A DNA stretch of 63,989 nucleotides, filler included, from Octopus bimaculoides (lineage: Eukaryota), in assembly GCF_001194135.2 (NCBI RefSeq). It is 5 parts of 4 records of this genome, joined end to end, with 100 filler letters (N's around TTAATTAATTAA, not from the genome) between each part and the next. Parts side by side here need not be neighbours in the genome. Positions count along the whole stretch, not along the records: positions 9,275 to 36,981 come from NC_068981.1; positions 37,082 to 39,978 come from NC_069007.1; 3 more parts are not named here. One strand, written 5' to 3'. A program made the translations under genes and the position numbers. The notes beneath the pieces were generated by a model. That model was not told where the DNA came from, searched no databases, and was given only the letters and a program-made list of their open reading frames with translations. Positions 26,487 to 40,078 of this stretch are shown in pieces (the stretch's first letter is position 1; every line of letters begins with the position of its first letter).

Positions 26487-27959
26487 TATGTACACACCCA
26501 CTTCAATGATTGTCTGCCTTTTCTATGCCAACACATAGGAAATATTTGGTTAATTTTTGCATGCACTACAAAAATAATATTACATTTGAAGATGAAGTAG
26601 TCAATATTGTAATAACTAATTTATTTATGCATTTTTATTTAATTGAACCACAATTGCTACTAATGAATAATAAAGTTCTTGGTGTGCTTAATAGAAGAAA
26701 GTTTCTTTTAAAATGAAGTCAATAATTTTATTTTGAAAAGCAATTTAATAAAGTATATTCCTAACTTCTTTGTTGCACCCTTTGAAATGCTCAAGGTGAG
26801 ATCCCTTGATATGCATCTATATTTGTTTTGGTTTGTTTGAAGCATTCAAAAATTTGGGAATTAGCCATTTAAATAAGCTTGAATGCAAATCAAACACTAT
26901 ATAATAGATAATAATTTATCAGGTAAAATAACTCTTAGAGATGGGCGAAAAAAGACAATTATTTTCTGCTGGTAATGGAAAGGGTAAAAAGAAACAAAGT
27001 ATATTGATTATGAAACAAAATATTTCAACTTAAAGAAAGAAAATCCATTTCGGTGCTTACATGTGATTTTGATTTATCCCAGTCAAAAATCTCTCTGCTA
27101 AATGAAAACATAAGTGTTGTATCAGTGGTGCAGTGAAAGCTTTTGTATCCATTAAATTTATAATCATCACAAAAATATAGAAAAGAAGGGCTATAATTGA
27201 GTAAATGAAAAAAATTTTCATCATAAGGATTGAGGACAAAATTAAAATAAGAAGAATATTGCTCATCCTTTTAGCAAGCAGAATTTGTTTCAGACATTGA
27301 AATACTGCACCAATGATACCAATATCAGATTTTTGTAGCAAGTCAGGGATGGTTTAAACATTTTAAAACTGTATCATAATTTCTATAAGGCAAAGATAAG
27401 TGGAAAAGATAACAAGTGTTAATAAAAAATGGTGCAGATGCATTTAAAGAAACATTGCATAATATTATTGTTAGTTAGAGATATTTGTCAGAACAAATAT
27501 TTAATGTTGATAAAAGTGGCGCATATTGGAAGTGCACACTTCAATATTCCTTTATTCATCAAGAGCTGAAAGCTTTGCCAGGTTTCATGGCATTTAATGA
27601 TTGAGTGATTCTTCTTGAGGAAAATGTGGTTGGGTTTAAAACTGATGTAACTTTTTGTTTATCACTGAAAAACTCAAGTGCTTTCAAGAATGTTGGCAAG
27701 TAAAAATGGATGACTAAACAAGTTCTTTGAAGATAGGTCGATGGAAATTTTTATTCATCAGGTAAAGGAATATTGTAATTGGGAGAAAACTTCATTAAAT
27801 TTTTATTATTTATTTTAAACAATATGAGACATATCTCTAGACAATTTGAATCTTAATATAAAAGTTGTGTAACTATTTCCAGACATGATATCTCTAATCT
27901 AGCCCATGAATCAAAGGCCTATATATGTATTCAAAGCAGATTACGGAGCATATAATTTT

Positions 27960-29100
27960 TTTTTTTATTTTGTAAAATATATTTTAGAAAACAGACTGTT
28001 CAATGAATTTTCTCAATAAACAGATGTCAATTTTGTAAAGTATAATTCAGCTGTAGAAAAAGTCCTCTCTGACTCTACACTTTTAAATCTAAAGAAAAGT
28101 AAGGCATTATGTGGTGATCTAAGTTACTTCAAAACACTTCAATTCTTTTTTGGCACCAAAAAAAGTAGAAGGTTCATTTACAATCAGATAATATCTAATG
28201 TCTCTGTTTTGTTCAAATTTTCTGCAAACAGCTGATCATCACTTTGAGCTTGTTCTTCTTCAATTTTTAATCTTGTTACACCTCTATGGCAAACAAAAGC
28301 TGATTCACTAATACTTTGAATGTCATGCTCAACTAATTCTTCAGAAAAAATGTCTTTGAAAAATTCTGTCTGCTTTTTTCTTTTTAGAAAGAAATAAAAC
28401 CAGTTCAACATGTTGATTTGTCAAAATTTGGGGGATATGAAGATATTTTAGCTACCTTAGAAATTCCATTTGTCTTCTTGAAGAACTATAATTACCTAAG
28501 CTTTCTTTTAAGTAACATTACTAAAGTAGTTTCCTTTGTGAAAGTTTCTTAAAATAAACTTGAAAGAGACTTCAGTGGTCAATGCTGATCATCATCATCA
28601 TCATCATCATCATCATTTAACATCCATTTTGCATGCTGGTATTGTTGGATGGTTTGACAGGAACTGGTCAGCTGAAAAGTTGCCCGGGCTCTATGTCTGC
28701 TTTGGCATCGTTTCTATAGCTGGATGTCCTTCCTAATGCCAACCACTTTACAGAGTGTACTGGGTGCTTTTATGCAGCACCAGCTCAGGTGTTTTTATGT
28801 GGCACCAGCACCCATAGCCCACAAGATTAGGAACAACCAGCTGAAGAGGGATGCAGGGGATATGCCTGTATGCAAGGATGACCACATATTTACTTAAATT
28901 GATGTGTCTTCTCAAGCACCATACTTTTTAACTAATAGCCTCTGTGAATTGAATTACTCTTAATGCTTTAGAGATACATCGTTTGAGTGTTAAAAGTCTT
29001 TCTATAGTACTCAAAAGGCTGTGCCATTTTGTTTTCTAGTCAAGGACGAGCTTCACTTCTTTAATGTTAAATCAGTCTTTAACAAAATAAACATGAATAA
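27960..29100 (-). mobile_element. Decayed hAT transposase remnant
   Basis: - strand LVLD*KTKWHSLLSTIERLLTLK (28982-29050, DxxTRWNS-like) and KSVESERTFSTAELYFTKLTS (28023-28084, hATC dimerisation-like); many stops. Confidence 0.7.
28588..28811 (-). mobile_element. SINE family C inserted in the hAT remnant
   Basis: (CAT)n-ttaacatccattttgcatgctgg...gctggatgtccttcctaatgccaaccactttacagagtgtactggg. Confidence 0.8.
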
Positions 29101-30789
29101 GTTTACTTGAGGCAAGGGAGTTAAAACTAAAACCATTAAGGGCAACAAATTTTGCAATTTCTTCTTCAATAGATTTTGAAACAAGAAATTAAGTTTAAGA
29201 TTTTTGTCTTTTCGCATCATTCTCATTCATAAAATCAATGGCACTAATTTTATGTACTAACAGCTCAGTAATTCAATCACCACAACACTTCACTGATTAA
29301 TCAGCTTCCTCTTCAGTGTCATCTTTTCTTTTTAAAATAGTTTCAAATGTTTGACTTTTGTGACATTGTATAAATAGATGATATGTTTAGTATGCAATAT
29401 GCAATCCAAGAAGAAATTATTGAAATATCATTCTAATTGAATATTACATCTAATATAATACTGACAGAAAAATCAAACTGGAAATATAAAACATTAAAAA
29501 ATTGAATGTTAGAAGCAATTCACTTGTTATATTTAGTTTATAATGCATTATATTAAAATATTTTTGTGATTATAAAATATGTTTTAATTAAAAAATTAAC
29601 ATTATGCTTCACCCACTGTAACTAAGGATAAATAACTTTAGTGATCTCAGGCGACATCTAAGAATTAAGCATGTTGCTTGAACAGATATTGAAGTTTGAA
29701 ACCCGTTGTTGTCGGTTGGAAGTGTTTTCAGGAAACCTAATATTATTGGAAAAAGATACTCTCATCCAGAATTCTCACTGTTTATGTTGCTTCTGTTCAT
29801 ACAGGGTAACATGACTATTAGAGTGTGTAGAAGAGAGGGTAATTACAGAGAATAGAATAGGCGGGGGGCAGAGAAGGAAGGCACACTAGACGAGAGGAAA
29901 GAAATGGGAATGATATTGCAAGCAGAGGAATGAGAAATAGTAAAAGGAGGGTGTTTGCAGGTAAAGGAGTGAGAGAGCAATTGGTGAATACCTATAGGAA
30001 TGGTCAGTGTAAGAGAGTGTGATGGAGGTCCTCCACATTCAAGACACAAACCTCACAGCCATGCAGCTTTGTATTCAAGCATTACACAATGTCCTTTACT
30101 TTTGAGGGAGAAACTTCCTTTGTTGCCAGCAAATGTAATGGCTTCCTGAGCTTTCTACAACCATTCTTATACTGGCTATTACACTTTTGAACCCACCCCC
30201 ATTGCTAGTTAGGTCACCTTAATAGCAAACGCTTTCAACTACTGTTTGGTAGCTGTTCAGGCATTTGAAAGAATCTATTTCCTGAGTGCTGCTTGTGCTT
30301 TTTGTCCTAAAGCACCTGCTGCATATGAAATCTACCTTCTCTGTTAGCCTACCTATGTGTTTGCAATGAGCATGTTGGAATATTAAATTACTGTTGTGTT
30401 AATAGTGTTTCAATGAAACACAACACTATTAATACACCAGTAATTTAATATTAGCTGACAAGAAAGTGTTAAATATGCAAATTAGTCTAGCCAGTTTACT
30501 TCAGCCACTATTATCAATTGGTTTATAAACAGTGGATTTATGGATAGTTAAGGAAAGTGCTCAGCTGTTCTTTCTTTTTCTATCCATGAACATATTGTGT
30601 ATGTAGACCTAATGCATATTTTTTTTTTGTAATATGCAGTGTGCACTAAAAATCTGCAGATATGTTCTACGTACATTATATGAATTTATAAAGTTTCAAG
30701 AGAATGTGAAATAATTCTTTTTCGGAATATTGACTCTTAAGGTACATCTTCTAAAGCTATTAATAATAGCATGTAAATATTGGGATCTT

Positions 30790-31121
30790 TTTTAAAACGG
30801 GGGCCACATTTTTCATGAACGAAACACTTTGAAACTTGGAACACTGGTAGAATGTGTCGTATAAAACATCTTTTTCTCTTAGTCTTCTTAAAAAAAAAAA
30901 GAAATCCATCAGTTATTCCATGTTAAAGTTGTCATATTTCTGTAATTTCAACCAATCACTGACGTCCATTCAGCCGATATACATTAAGCGCCGACTACAT
31001 AAACAAACGATTCTGAAACAATTAACCCTAACCCTAACCCTAACCCTAGGGTTAGGGTTAGGGTTAAAGCAAATTTAAAATGAAAAAAGCAAATAAAACG
31101 AAGGTATGGAGATTAAATACA
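30790..31121. repeat. Interspersed repeat containing an inverted telomeric palindrome at 31022-31066
   Basis: (TAACCC)4 TA (GGGTTA)3; perfect 38-bp palindrome 31029-31066; runs into a gap. Confidence 0.7.
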
Positions 31122-31480
31122 NNNNNNNNNNNNNNNNNNNNNNNNNNNNNNNNNNNNNNNNNNNNNNNNNNNNNNNNNNNNNNNNNNNNNNNNNNNNNNN
31201 NNNNNNNNNNNNNNNNNNNNNNNNNNNNNNNNNNNNNNNNNNNNNNNNNNNNNNNNNNNNNNNNNNNNNNNNNNNNNNNNNNNNNNNNNNNNNNNNNNNN
31301 NNNNNNNNNNNNNNNNNNNNNNNNNNNNNNNNNNNNNNNNNNNNNNNNNNNNNNNNNNNNNNNNNNNNNNNNNNNNNNNNNNNNNNNNNNNNNNNNNNNN
31401 NNNNNNNNNNNNNNNNNNNNNNNNNNTGTGCCTTAAGAGCTAATATTCTGAAAAAAGATACTCACATACACACACACACA

Positions 31481-31525
<45 letters not shown>

Positions 31526-32609
31526 ATATATAAACATTCCTATATGTATTTGAATATATACACATTTATAAAAATGTGTGTATGTATACTCATCTATCAG
31601 CATAGGTGAGACTTAAAGTCCTAGTCAACTTGTTTTCACTGTGAAAATGTGTGTGCGCATGTGTTTATATAATCAGTATGAGGTTAGTTATAACCCAGCA
31701 ATAAGTCAATAAATTTCTCTCATTGACACTTTTTGTTGACCGACTTACAGAGGTCTGTTGATCACCACTCCTATTTCAGTCACCCTTTTTCAGTGTGAAT
31801 TGCTCTAGGAAGGGAAGTTAGCTTTTACAGTTCTATCATAGATTTATAAATTTAAAACGTGTATATGCACATTTGCACATACATAAAGACCTACACTCAG
31901 ACAAACATAAATCTATACCTAATAGAGACTTCTATAGGATTGCTTGACTTGCTCAAATAACAACTTACACTTCTTCACATCATACTCTTTCATCTTAGCA
32001 AAGAAGGTTAATGTGCTCCTAGATATAAAAAAAACCCAACAAAATGGTCATTGTTGGAGCACTTTTGATCTCAGGTTTCCTTAATTGGGACTGTTGATAT
32101 TGCAAAACAGCAGTAACAATATCATATCTATAGTGCATATGCACATAGAGACACAATGTATGTACTTCATATTATTACATACATATGGAGATACAGATAT
32201 AAGCATGTGTTTGTATAAGTATATGGTAGACATGCATCTTTATATACTTATTTATATATGTATGTATGTAAACCAGATATTTTATGTATTCATACAAATA
32301 CATATATACCCGGAAGAGGTTTTTAGGTAGTTTGGTATCTTTGTTATTCTTCTGCAATAGATTAGTAATTTTTTCTTCTTTTTAGTTAAGTGATTCTGTG
32401 AAGCTTTGCTAGTGTCAGGTTACAGAGTTGGTTCTTTATTAACACTAAAAATACTCAGTTTATGTTGCACTAAAAACAATCAATTTAAATAATTCTAAAA
32501 TTAATATGATGTATTATTAGTTTTAATACTGTTAACAGATAATGTGATAATGATCTTATGTTCATTGGTTGTTTTACTTGTTTGCATTTCAGGTGGTTAA
32601 TAGCAACTG

Positions 32610-32993
32610 ATGTCCTCAGTGGAGGAGGCCAAGCAGCAGTCACAAATCAAGACTGCCCAAACTACACCCACTAATCGACCTTCAGATGCAACCAGTGCTG
32701 CCAGCAGCTGTGTAGTTGATGACAACTCTGACCTAGTGCCACAGCAGCAGCAGCGGCAGAAGCGGCAGAAAGCAAAAGCTTCTGCTGATGGTGACAACAG
32801 GAAAGCAGAAACTATTGTTGCCATGGAAGCAGGCAGCAACCTTACTGAAAATGTCATTCATGTGATTAGCCCTACTGCTGTGGTCGCTGCATCTGTTGAC
32901 TCTTCAACCAATAGTGCTGTCACAGTTACACCCAGCGTTCACACCATCACTATATCTGGTAACAATTTGTCAATTCCATTCAGTTCTTCATTG
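32610..32993 (+). CDS. Coding exon (128 codons) of an uncharacterised gene; S/T/A/V/Q-rich, transcription-factor-like N-terminus
   Basis: Acceptor ttttacttgtttgcatttcag|32593; in-frame TAA at 32598; ATG 32610; open to donor TTG|GTAAGA (phase 0); basic patch QRQKRQKAK; GC-richer than flanks. Confidence 0.8.
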
Positions 32994-34729
32994 GTAAGAT
33001 ATTTTCGTGTTTTTTTCCCCCTTCTTTCATTTCATTGTTATTTTTATCGCTTTAAAAATGGGAAAAGAATATTTCAATTCATTCAACTCATCCTCTGCAA
33101 CTTTTCCCCCTAGGATATATGTTTTGTGACACACATTTGTTACACTCCTCTGCCTTTGTTACACTCCTTTGCCTTTGTTACACATATGTATTTCACTCCT
33201 TTTCTTTCTTTTTTTTCTACACATGTTTGTCAGGAATTACTAATCACTAGCTTATACATCCAAGCTGGATTCATTCGGAATATTGTTGATGCTTTAAACA
33301 AACATTGTTATCAGTGTTGTTTATTTTAGTGTTTCTCCTAATTCCATGTGTGACATTAATGGCTACATTTATAGCATTAAAACAAATTGACTTTACCCAG
33401 CAGTTTTAACTCTGATTTTTGCTCACACATACAAATACTCTAAACACACACGCATACATGCAACATGCATGCACACACATACACACACACACACTGACTG
33501 GGTCAGGGAGGGAGGTTGGGGAGGTAAGGTCGGGTGAAACATCAACATACATTTCACTTATGCAAATGTTGCCTGAAGTTTATTGATTACTATATACCCA
33601 TTGCTATGAAGAACAAATATGCAAGCCTTCGTTTAATGAGTTGAATATAGTTGTTGTAGGGATGTTAAACAAGCTCCATGGGTATTTGTTTATTTTTTTC
33701 ATTTAGTCACTCTCTCTTTCTCTTTCATCTCACTCCTACTCTCTCTCTCATACAACTCTTTCCAATGGAAGGATTTTTCCATTATTTTGGAAGTCTTCAT
33801 TGGCACTTTCATTCTCAGTTCTGCAATAATCAACAGCTGTTAATTTTGGCATATTTTAAATGCTTTTTCTCATTGTATTTCACTTAATTATTCTTTAAAA
33901 AGACAAGAAAAACTTAACTGTGTCTGTGATTCCTTTTATTTAATCATTTAGAATAGAAGAGCTCTGTTTTTTTTTTTTTTTAAAGAAAAAACTTTTGCCT
34001 TAGTGTTAGTAGATATTAACAACACAACGTCTGTAAGGTTAATAGTCTCAATTTGGCGACATTGTACTATTATAGGAAAGTTTGGCAATTAGTAACTGAA
34101 TATTTGCAAATAATCTTAAGATAATTAATAGTAAGCCGATTGAGAAAATTAATAATACAACTTGATGGTAATTGTTAATTTGCCACATAGCTTAATTATT
34201 TCATTAATTTACTTTTTGTTTACTTTTAACCTCAGCAAAATATTGCAATTATTTTTTTTCACATTAAAAAGTATAAGAGTATTTAAAAAATAACTATAAT
34301 GATAGATGTTAGCATGAGACTTAGCTGTATATATACTTACATACATACATGCATACATATGTATGTATACAAAAGATTAACTTGACTATATAAATAGAAT
34401 ATTTTGTAATTGTTATTTTATACTTTTTTTTAATATTCTGTTTTATTTAGCAACATATTTTTACTGGAAGAAAAGAAAAAATAAAACATAAAAAATATAA
34501 AAGATCAAATTATTGTTTTTTCTTGATAATTTGATTTTTTTTATATAATTTTTTTTTTGTTTTGTTTTGTCCTGTAAAAAATATGTTGTTAAATAAAAAC
34601 AGAATTTTACTAATTATTCATTAAAATAATGTTTATAAGTTTACCATTTAAAAATTTCTAAAGCATGCTTTTGCAAAAGCATCATGGAAATATTGGGATC
34701 AATTTAACCATGTCTGTTACTTATTGCAG

Positions 34730-34873
34730 GCCTCCTCCACCCCCAATGGTACCCATATGGTTATGTCTCAAGAAATAGCTGCAAAATTGAAGGATAGCAC
34801 ACTTCCTGCTGGCCAGATTGTACAGGTGCCTGCAGCTGCTGTGACTGGTGTAGATTGGGCTAACAAGCTTAAG
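34730..34873 (+). CDS. Next coding exon (48 codons, ASSTPNGTHMVMSQEIAAKLKDSTLPAGQIVQVPAAAVTGVDWANKLK)
   Basis: ctgttacttattgcag|GCC ... AAG|gtgggt; 144 nt, phase 0/0, in frame with the 32993 donor. Confidence 0.8.
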
Positions 34874-36346
34874 GTGGGTTATTTCACTTAAGAATCCTCT
34901 TCATCCACCTTTTGGTTTCTAGGAAAGCAATGTCACTTACTATGTTTAAATTTTACACAGGATATTACTAAGTCATGTATATGCAAACTTGTGCCACGTG
35001 ATTGGCCATAATATTCATTAGACCATGAATCAAGGCTTTAACAATTTACAGATTTTTACCTAAAGGATGGGGGAAATTTATCCACATGTTTATTTTCTAG
35101 ATATTTATACTAGATGGCTGTTGTAATATGAAGCTACTCTAGGTAACCAATGGATGTACTTATAAATGTATGAATAAAATTAACAATCAGCATTATGATG
35201 TAATAATTCTAAAAGCTTAACTCTAAATATTTTCAATAGAACACTTTCTTAACCTTAAACTAAGTATTTGTTTAAACATTCTTAATAGTTAATTACCAAA
35301 TCTATTCCATTTTACATGAAATAATTTCATTTTCTGTCATTGCCGTAAAGGGCAAAAATTAAGACTAAACATTTTTTTAAATTATGAAATCAGTGTTAAA
35401 ACTAAAGAAAACTCTAACTATTAGATTCTATGCAGCTATTTCTTTAACAACTAAACTAGGTACATTTTATCTCTGTTTTATTTTTTAAAAAGAGAAACTT
35501 AGAAAAGCATTAACATTTTGTAGTTACATTTAAGTCCATTTATCATTGCTAGCATGGGTTAGAAAATATATTATTGAGGTATTGTTTTACAGCTGGATGT
35601 CTTTTCTGTCACTAACGCTTACCTGTTTTCCATGTAAGGGATCACCTATTCCATATCTTCAAATATACAAAATCAAGGGGAAAGACAATAATGCCACTGC
35701 TTGTGGCTCAGTGATGTTCAGAAGAGTGAAAATATAATGAAATACACAGATACACACGTGTGATACAGATGCATATGCATCCATCTACATACTTAATAAA
35801 TGTAAAATGTATGGTAAATAAATAAACAACATAATGTATACTGAGTGTACAACCAGACAGGAGTCAAACACAGAAGGCCCCTAATTTTTCATCAGTTATC
35901 AACCAATTGGTAATACTCAGTTTTGCACAACACACCAAATTTGTACATACATACATGTCTCTATGTGGATGTGTGTGCGTGTGTGTGTGCACATACATAC
36001 AAGTGGAAGTAGATTTTGCTAGGAATGTGACAAATTACTGTATAAGATTGCAGTTTTGAATAGCATCCAAATTAAACTCCCTCTGCTATGTTAACTGGTA
36101 CAGGAACATGCATACTGTATAAAGTTATCACATAGTATCATGAGCACATATAGTATGACAGAAAAACAGACAACAAATTGTTCGTATTTTATTTATTACG
36201 TATCCATTATAGTTGTTTCAACTAATCAAGATCAATGAATAATTACAAATTATAACTTATTATTGACTAAATGCATCATGGATTGCATCTTCAGATGGTG
36301 CGGTTTCCCAACATTGGCCGCAGCCTCAAGGCTAAAATGTATAAAA

Positions 36347-36384
<38 letters not shown>

Positions 36385-36469
36385 ATCTACTAGAATAGAT
36401 GCAAGCGCTAATTTATTAAAACATGTGACATATTAATAAAAATTTGTAAATGTACAACCATCCAGATAT

Positions 36470-36981
36470 CTGAGTACTAATGTTCAGATCGTTTGGGCAA
36501 TGCTGGCAGTATATTTTCCACATCGTACAGATGATGTACCCTTCGCGGCGGTGCTGGAGAGAGTAGAGCTTCACAGCTTTAAGGTGGTCTCAGTAATCAA
36601 GATCAATCATGCCTTCAATTCATTTAGTGAGTGCCCTCTGGGATGATTCAATCCTCGAGATGTTTTGTATGGGGAGACCACAAGGGGCAGCAGTATTCAA
36701 GGTGTGGCCGTACAAAGGAGAAAAGTGGAATGATGACACCTTGTTCTCTGGACCAGAAGGTTCTTAAGATCCAGGAGCTCATCCTACGAGCTATATTGAC
36801 CTTATTGTTGATGTGGGCACTCCAATTGAGATTGTTGTCAACAATTACAACCAGATCTCTATTATTGGATGCCTTGAGCGGTTCCCCTGAAGGAAGAGAG
36901 TATGGCTGTTTTAGTATAGACTTTCTTCCAAAATGTATCAGCTCAAATTTTCCCTCGTTCAGTTTCATTTTGTTTTTGCCT
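36470..36981 (-). mobile_element. CR1/L2-clade LINE RT C-terminal fragment
   Basis: KLNEGKFELIHFG...RDLVVIVDNNLNWSAHIN...VRPHLEYCCPLWSPH, then frameshifted KLYSLQHRRE; truncated by a gap. Confidence 0.85.
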
Positions 36982-37081
36982 NNNNNNNNNNNNNNNNNNN
37001 NNNNNNNNNNNNNNNNNNNNNNNNNTTAATTAATTAANNNNNNNNNNNNNNNNNNNNNNNNNNNNNNNNNNNNNNNNNNNN
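36982..37081. other. Assembly spacer N44-TTAATTAATTAA-N44
   Basis: Linker at 37026-37037. Confidence 0.95.
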
Positions 37082-37385
37082 GTTAGGGTGTTGTGTGTGC
37101 ACATGTGTGTGTATGTGTATATGTGTTTGTTCGTGTGTGTGCGTGAGTGCGTTTGTGAGTGCGTGTGTATGTGTGTTTGAGTGTTTTTTGTGTCGGTGGG
37201 GATGTTAGGTGTGTGTACGTGAGACTGTGCGTATATCTATTTTTCTGAGTATGTGTGTGTTGTTTTAATCGTCCTTGTGGTGTGTGTGTGTGTGAGAGAG
37301 AGCAACCGTATGTATGTGTGAGGGTGTGTACATATGTGTGCGTCTGTGTGTGTATGTATGTGTGTATATATATATATATTCCTTT

Positions 37386-37600
37386 ATTCCTTTACTTGTT
37401 TCAGTTGACTGTAGCCATGCTGGAGCACCGCCTATAGTCGAACAAATCGGTCTCAGGAACTATTCTTTGCAATCCTAGTTTTTATTCTATCGGTATCTTT
37501 TGCCGAACCGCTAGGCTACGGGGACGTAAACACACCAACATCAGTTGTCAAACGATGGTTGGCGGACATACATAGACACACAAATACACACACCCATACA
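37386..37600 (-). mobile_element. SINE family B tail segment, CpG retained
   Basis: tttacttgtttcagttgactgtagccatgctggagcaccgcctatagtcgaacaaatc...ccgaaccgctaggctacggggacgtaaacacacc. Confidence 0.85.
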
Positions 37601-37631
<31 letters not shown>

Positions 37632-38083
37632 CTATATATATAAATATATATATNNNNNNNNNNNNNNNNNNNNNNNNNNNNNNNNNNNNNNNNNNNNNNN
37701 NNNNNNNNNNNNNNNNNNNNNNNNNNNNNNNNNNNNNNNNNNNNNNNNNNNNNGATAGATAGATAATACATACATACGTAGTTTATATAACTTATAACTT
37801 ATAAAGTTGTAATGGTAATTTTGGCTATTTTTAGATAAAATGAGAAGGGTGAAAGAGTGTTAGTGTGAAGGATATGAGGCGGTACAGGAAGAGTGACTAG
37901 AAGGGGAGGCACAGAGTTGTAGAGCTGTGTAAGTATGGAGTGGCAGTGGGTTGCTAACGTTAATACAGCTGTCATTCTAGGGATATGCACGCGCGGGCTT
38001 TCAATCAGTTTACAAAGCCAAGTAGTAGCAGACAGACGATAAGTAATGAAAACAGTGTTTTGTCTGTCTGTTTGTGTGTGTGT

Positions 38084-38126
<43 letters not shown>

Positions 38127-39591
38127 NNNNNNNNNNNNNNNNNNNNNNNNNNNNNNNNNNNNNNNNNNNNNNNNNNNNNNNNNNNNNNNNNNNNNNNNNN
38201 NNNNNNNNNNNNNNNNNNNNNNNNNNNNNNNNNNNNNNNNNNNNNNNNNNNNNNNNNNNNNNNNNNNNNNNNNNNNNNNNNNNNNNNNNNNNNNNNNNNN
38301 NNNNNNNNNNNNNNNNNNNNNNNNNNNNNNNNNNNNNNNNNNNNNNNNNNNNNNNNNNNNNNNNNNNNNNNNNNNNNNNNNNNNNNNNNNNNNNNNNNNN
38401 NNNNNNNNNNNNNNNNNNGTGTGTGTATTTGTTTGAATACAAATTTACATTCGTAAAAAGTAAGCTGTTTGCTCTTACCTTTTGGCATGATGCTGACAGA
38501 ATAGGAAGGATGGCGACAAGCTGTGGAGTTGAGTCTATGTTGTTTCTTGGCATAAATTGTCAGTGTTATAACATCGTGTCCTGATTTTTTCATAAAAGAT
38601 AGAGTACCATCATATTTATGCCTTGCAGTTGTTTTGTTGCCGTCGTCTTCTTTGTGGTGGGATTTATTGTGGACGGCAACGTACATGATGACCTCGGCAC
38701 AATTGGCCTTCACCTGACCAGAACAATAAAAATGTAAAATTAATGGTCACCTCGGTCATTGATAGCGATATCATCCCATCAACATACTGTATGTCCCTGA
38801 CAATATCCCTTCTATTACCTTCAAATTTTATACCCCGACGCTACCCACTGACTTTAGTGAATCTCCCAATTTTTCGATCTGAATGGAAATCCTTTCTGAT
38901 TTCTGGGAATACCATTTCCTTAAATTTCCGCAATTACGGATTTATTTCTCACAATCCCGAAAATTCAGACAGGATGTGGAGACGATCATCAACGATTCTT
39001 CTTCACCAATATCTTAAATCCTTCTCCCTATTCAAGGGTTACCACTATGGCTTCCATAATGAGGTTCATCTGTATCTCGTCTCCTCCGAAAATTACAGCC
39101 CCACCAATCTCTCTTCTCATTCATTCTGGACCCCACCCTCACAGTTCTCCAGTTGACCCTCTACACCCGACTCCTTTATTTAAATCAGGCACAAACACAA
39201 CATCATTCATATGAATGCGACAGGTTTCGGTAAAGCAACGAGGAAAGATCGTCTTACCAAAATCTTACTTCCTGAAGAATGTGTACTGTTGCTGATCTCC
39301 AAAACGTGTCTGTGAGTTCGGCCATTCTTGGAAACAGTGTTATTAATCAATTTACTGACTTCAGTTACAATAGGTTCCGCTGCAAACAGAATCAATCGTT
39401 TATAATGAAGGTATAAAATCACATGTGTGCGTGTGTGTGCGTGTGTGTGTGAGAGTGTCTGTGACACACACAGTGTGGGTGTATGAGTGTGTGTGACTCA
39501 CAAAGTGTGTGTGTATGTGTGTGTGTGTGTGTGTATATACATTTAATAAAAGATAGACAATCTATAGTAAGCGGTGTCGAATTATTCAAAT

Positions 39592-39964
39592 ACATGTGTT
39601 GGCACTCCGTCGCTTACGACGTCGAGGGTTCCAGTTGATCCAATCAACGGAACAGCCTGCTCGTGAAATTAACGTGCAAGTGGCTGAGCACTCCACAGAC
39701 ACATGTACTCTTAAAGTAGTTCTCAGGGGATATTCAGCGTGACAAGGCTGACCCTTTGAATTACAGGCACAACAGAAACAGGAAGTAAGAGTGAGAGAAA
39801 GTAGTGGTAAAAAAGTACAGCAGGGTTCGCCACCCTCCCCTGCCGGAGCCTCATGGAGCTTTCAGGTGTTTTCGCTCAATAAACACTCACAACACCCGGT
39901 CTGGGAATCGAAACCGCGATGCTATGACCGCGAGTCCACTGCCCTAACGACTGGGCCATTGCGC
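39592..39964 (-). mobile_element. tRNA-derived SINE (family D), apparently full length
   Basis: - strand head gcgcaatggcccagtcgttagggcagtggactcgcggtcatagcatcgcggtttcgattcccagaccggg with A- and B-box-like motifs, followed by a non-tRNA body. Confidence 0.8.
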
Positions 39965-39978
39965 ATCCACTCGATTTA

Positions 39979-40078
39979 NNNNNNNNNNNNNNNNNNNNNN
40001 NNNNNNNNNNNNNNNNNNNNNNTTAATTAATTAANNNNNNNNNNNNNNNNNNNNNNNNNNNNNNNNNNNNNNNNNNNN
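39979..40078. other. Assembly spacer N44-TTAATTAATTAA-N44
   Basis: Linker at 40023-40034. Confidence 0.95.

Noticed and set aside
29635-29680. NNFSDLRRHLRIKH zinc-finger-like peptide on +
   Set aside because: No upstream Cys pair in frame, stops on both sides, no good splice sites
31022-31066. Chromosome fusion scar
   Set aside because: Repeat order is CCCTAA then TTAGGG, opposite to a fusion, and the tract is very short
32959-33113. Alternative donor TCTG|GTAACA at 32958 and read-through to the ORF stop at 33113
   Set aside because: The phase-1 join to the 34730 exon meets a TAG; the read-through tail is AT-rich and intron-like; the phase-0 donor at 32993 fits
39900-39964. tRNA gene
   Set aside because: A/B boxes present but no full cloverleaf; continues into a SINE body
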